Under the pieces are notes generated by a model that did no database searches, was not told where the DNA came from, and saw only the letters and a list, made by a program, of their open reading frames with translations. DNA of 64,000 bases from Amoebidium appalachense (Eukaryota; Protista; Ichthyosporea): contig CAVNZM010000004.1 of NCBI GenBank assembly GCA_963693365.1, forward strand, positions 5,892,564 to 5,956,563, read 5' to 3'. A program made the translations under genes and the position numbers. Every line of letters starts with the position of its first letter. Within the stretch, counting starts at the first letter, position 1. Shown one piece after another: positions 57,677-64,000 of the stretch.

Positions 57677-58402
57677 CTGTGGGGGTGTGGGGGTGGGGGG
57701 AGGGGGGGGGAGGGGGGGAAGAGGGAGAGAGGGGGGGGAGGGGGGAAGGGAAGACGGAGGAAGACAAAGAGAAAGAGAGGGAGGGTGGGGGGTGAGGGGG
57801 GAAGACGGGGGAGGGGAGGGGAGAGGAGGGGGGGAGGGGGGAGCGAGAGGACGGGTATGCATCATAGGGCAAGTGTTAGATGCAGTTTCAGCCTCGGCCA
57901 GTGTTGGAGTTTAGGCATAAGGTGGTGGTGGTGGTGGTGGTGGCCTTATGTGTGTGTGGGTATGTGTGTGTGTGTGTTCGGTGGTGGTGGTGGTTATTGT
58001 TGTTGTTGGGGGGGGGAGGGGGGGGGGGGGGGGGGGAGGGGAAGGGGGGCGGGCGGAGGGGAGGGAGGGTACAGGACCATATTGGGAAGCAGGGAGGAGG
58101 TAAGCTAAATATATAAAAAAGAGACAATTACGAATAGGCGAGAAACAATTGAGAGAAAAGGTAGATCCGGGATGGGTACAGGAGAAAGAGGTTTTGCTGT
58201 TCCTCTCTCACCACACTCCAGCTATTCACTGCCCTATCTACTCTCCTTCTACTTCAAGACTTAAGAGATCTATATAACCTGCTTCAGTATACCTCCTTTT
58301 TGTGAAACTGAGCCCTAGGATCCAACAAGCAGCTAGCTAAGTGTTAGTGTGTGTGCTTGTACTGACCCAAACGAACATGTCGGAGAGTGCATGCCCTTAG
58401 CG

Positions 58403-58526
58403 AATCAGAACATGGAAGATCAGATTAGACCCCGTTCGGTGAATTACATGGTTTACTCAAGATAAATCAGAACATGGAAGATCAGATTAGACCCTGTTCG
58501 GTGAATTACATGGTTTACTCAAGATA
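58403..58526. repeat. 62-bp tandem duplication (1 mismatch) upstream of the SH3 gene
   Basis: AATCAGAACATGGAAGATCAGATTAGACCC(C/T)GTTCGGTGAATTACATGGTTTACTCAAGATA at 58403 and 58465. Confidence 0.92.
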
Positions 58527-59296
58527 AGACAAGACAGTGCCTTTTACTTGTGTTTCAACTTGCCAATCCCACAAACATGGCCATGGTGACACACGTAATA
58601 TGCTACAGACCCACACAGAACCAAAGCACAGGTAGCAATTTCACAACCGCAAAGAACAGAACAGATTGAAGTGATTGCCACAGAGATCACTAAACGCGAC
58701 GAGAATGTAGTCCATTCACAAAGAAAGACAGACTTACTTTTGATGCGACTTTAGCCTCCTTACTGGTGCACACCCTGTATCTCTGTTTCCTGGACCGTCT
58801 TATGGAATTTTGACAATGAAGCCGTCTATTTATAGGTCTTGTGCGCACGGGATAAGAAATAATGTCTGAAATTTCAAGGTTAGCTTGTGAACATAAAAAG
58901 AAGCCTACAATGCCTGAGTTGTGTTAGAAACCGAGAGAGAGTGAGAGAGATAAAACCATCCAGCCGCTCACTGAAAGCTTTGTTCTTTTTTGTTCCAAAT
59001 CGATGTTTTGGTGGCTCTAAGCCAGCGGCGGAGGCGTGGGCAGGAAAAAAAATAAAGGCTCGATGTTTTTGGAGCCCCACCACCTGATCAAGCAAAGTCT
59101 AGCGTGAGCGTGTCTTTCCTTTCCCTCCTTTTCTCTGCGTTTTCTTAAGAGTTTGAAAACTTGAACACCAACAACGTTGCTTTTTCTCTCCCGGCTGCAT
59201 TTTTTCAGTGCATTCCTTCCGATCTTGGGAACCAATGGTCTAGTCTAAATGCCTACCTTATCGGGATAAATCTTAATGTTTAGTCTGTGTTGTGGT

Positions 59297-59310
59297 ATAT
59301 GACGTCATAT
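59297..59310. promoter_or_regulatory. 14-bp palindrome ATATGACGTCATAT containing a CRE, in the divergent SH3/HDDC2 promoter region
   Basis: TGACGTCA at 59300-59307 lies 172 bp upstream of the HDDC2 ATG. Confidence 0.4.
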
Positions 59311-59471
59311 ATAGCAATTTTTACTTCAGCAGCTACTGTTCTAATGAGTCTATGTTACGAAGACTTGGCTTCAAGCATCATATGCCTTTCAAGAGGGCCT
59401 CTTTCCGTGATCTTGTTTTTCGTTCACTCATAGGATCGCATAAAAGTAGGCTGCATATGCATCCTACCACC

Positions 59472-63980
<4,509 letters not shown>

Positions 63981-64000
63981 GTGAGTGCATTTGGTGTGTG

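Overview
This is eukaryotic nuclear DNA: intron-dense, with introns full of (TG/CA)n, (GA/TC)n and long poly-G/poly-C tracts. Almost all of the supplied ORF track is microsatellite noise or antisense shadow, so I rebuilt the genes by hand, exon by exon, checking splice phase. Five spliced genes are well supported: (1) a HRQ1/MrfA-type DEAH helicase with a C-terminal DUF1998 Zn site (-, 4085-~24302, ~33-35 exons); (2) a Pho87/90/91-like SPX+SLC13 phosphate permease (-, 31658-41332); (3) a TypA/BipA GTPase with a probable mitochondrial presequence (+, 42579-50286, 11 exons); (4) a CIN85/CD2AP-like SH3 adaptor (-, 52097-~57676, 5' end unresolved); (5) an HDDC2/YGK1-like HD-domain 5'-deoxynucleotidase (+, 59472 to beyond the window). 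An accessory block at ~24.5-31 kb holds a single-exon divergent DHFR, a 179-bp tandem duplication, an orphan ORF, twin GC-rich hairpins and a spliced gene for a bacterial-looking beta-rich domain. A GT2/chitin-synthase-like first exon lies at 1533-1816. A PIF/Harbinger (Tourist)-like MITE with a hairpin at each end sits in an HDDC2 intron. The gene set suggests a unicellular opisthokont, probably a holozoan such as an ichthyosporean (inference). I saw no rRNA, tRNA or CRISPR array. No homology search was run; family calls rest on recognised motifs, and exon ends marked ~ may be off by a few bases.
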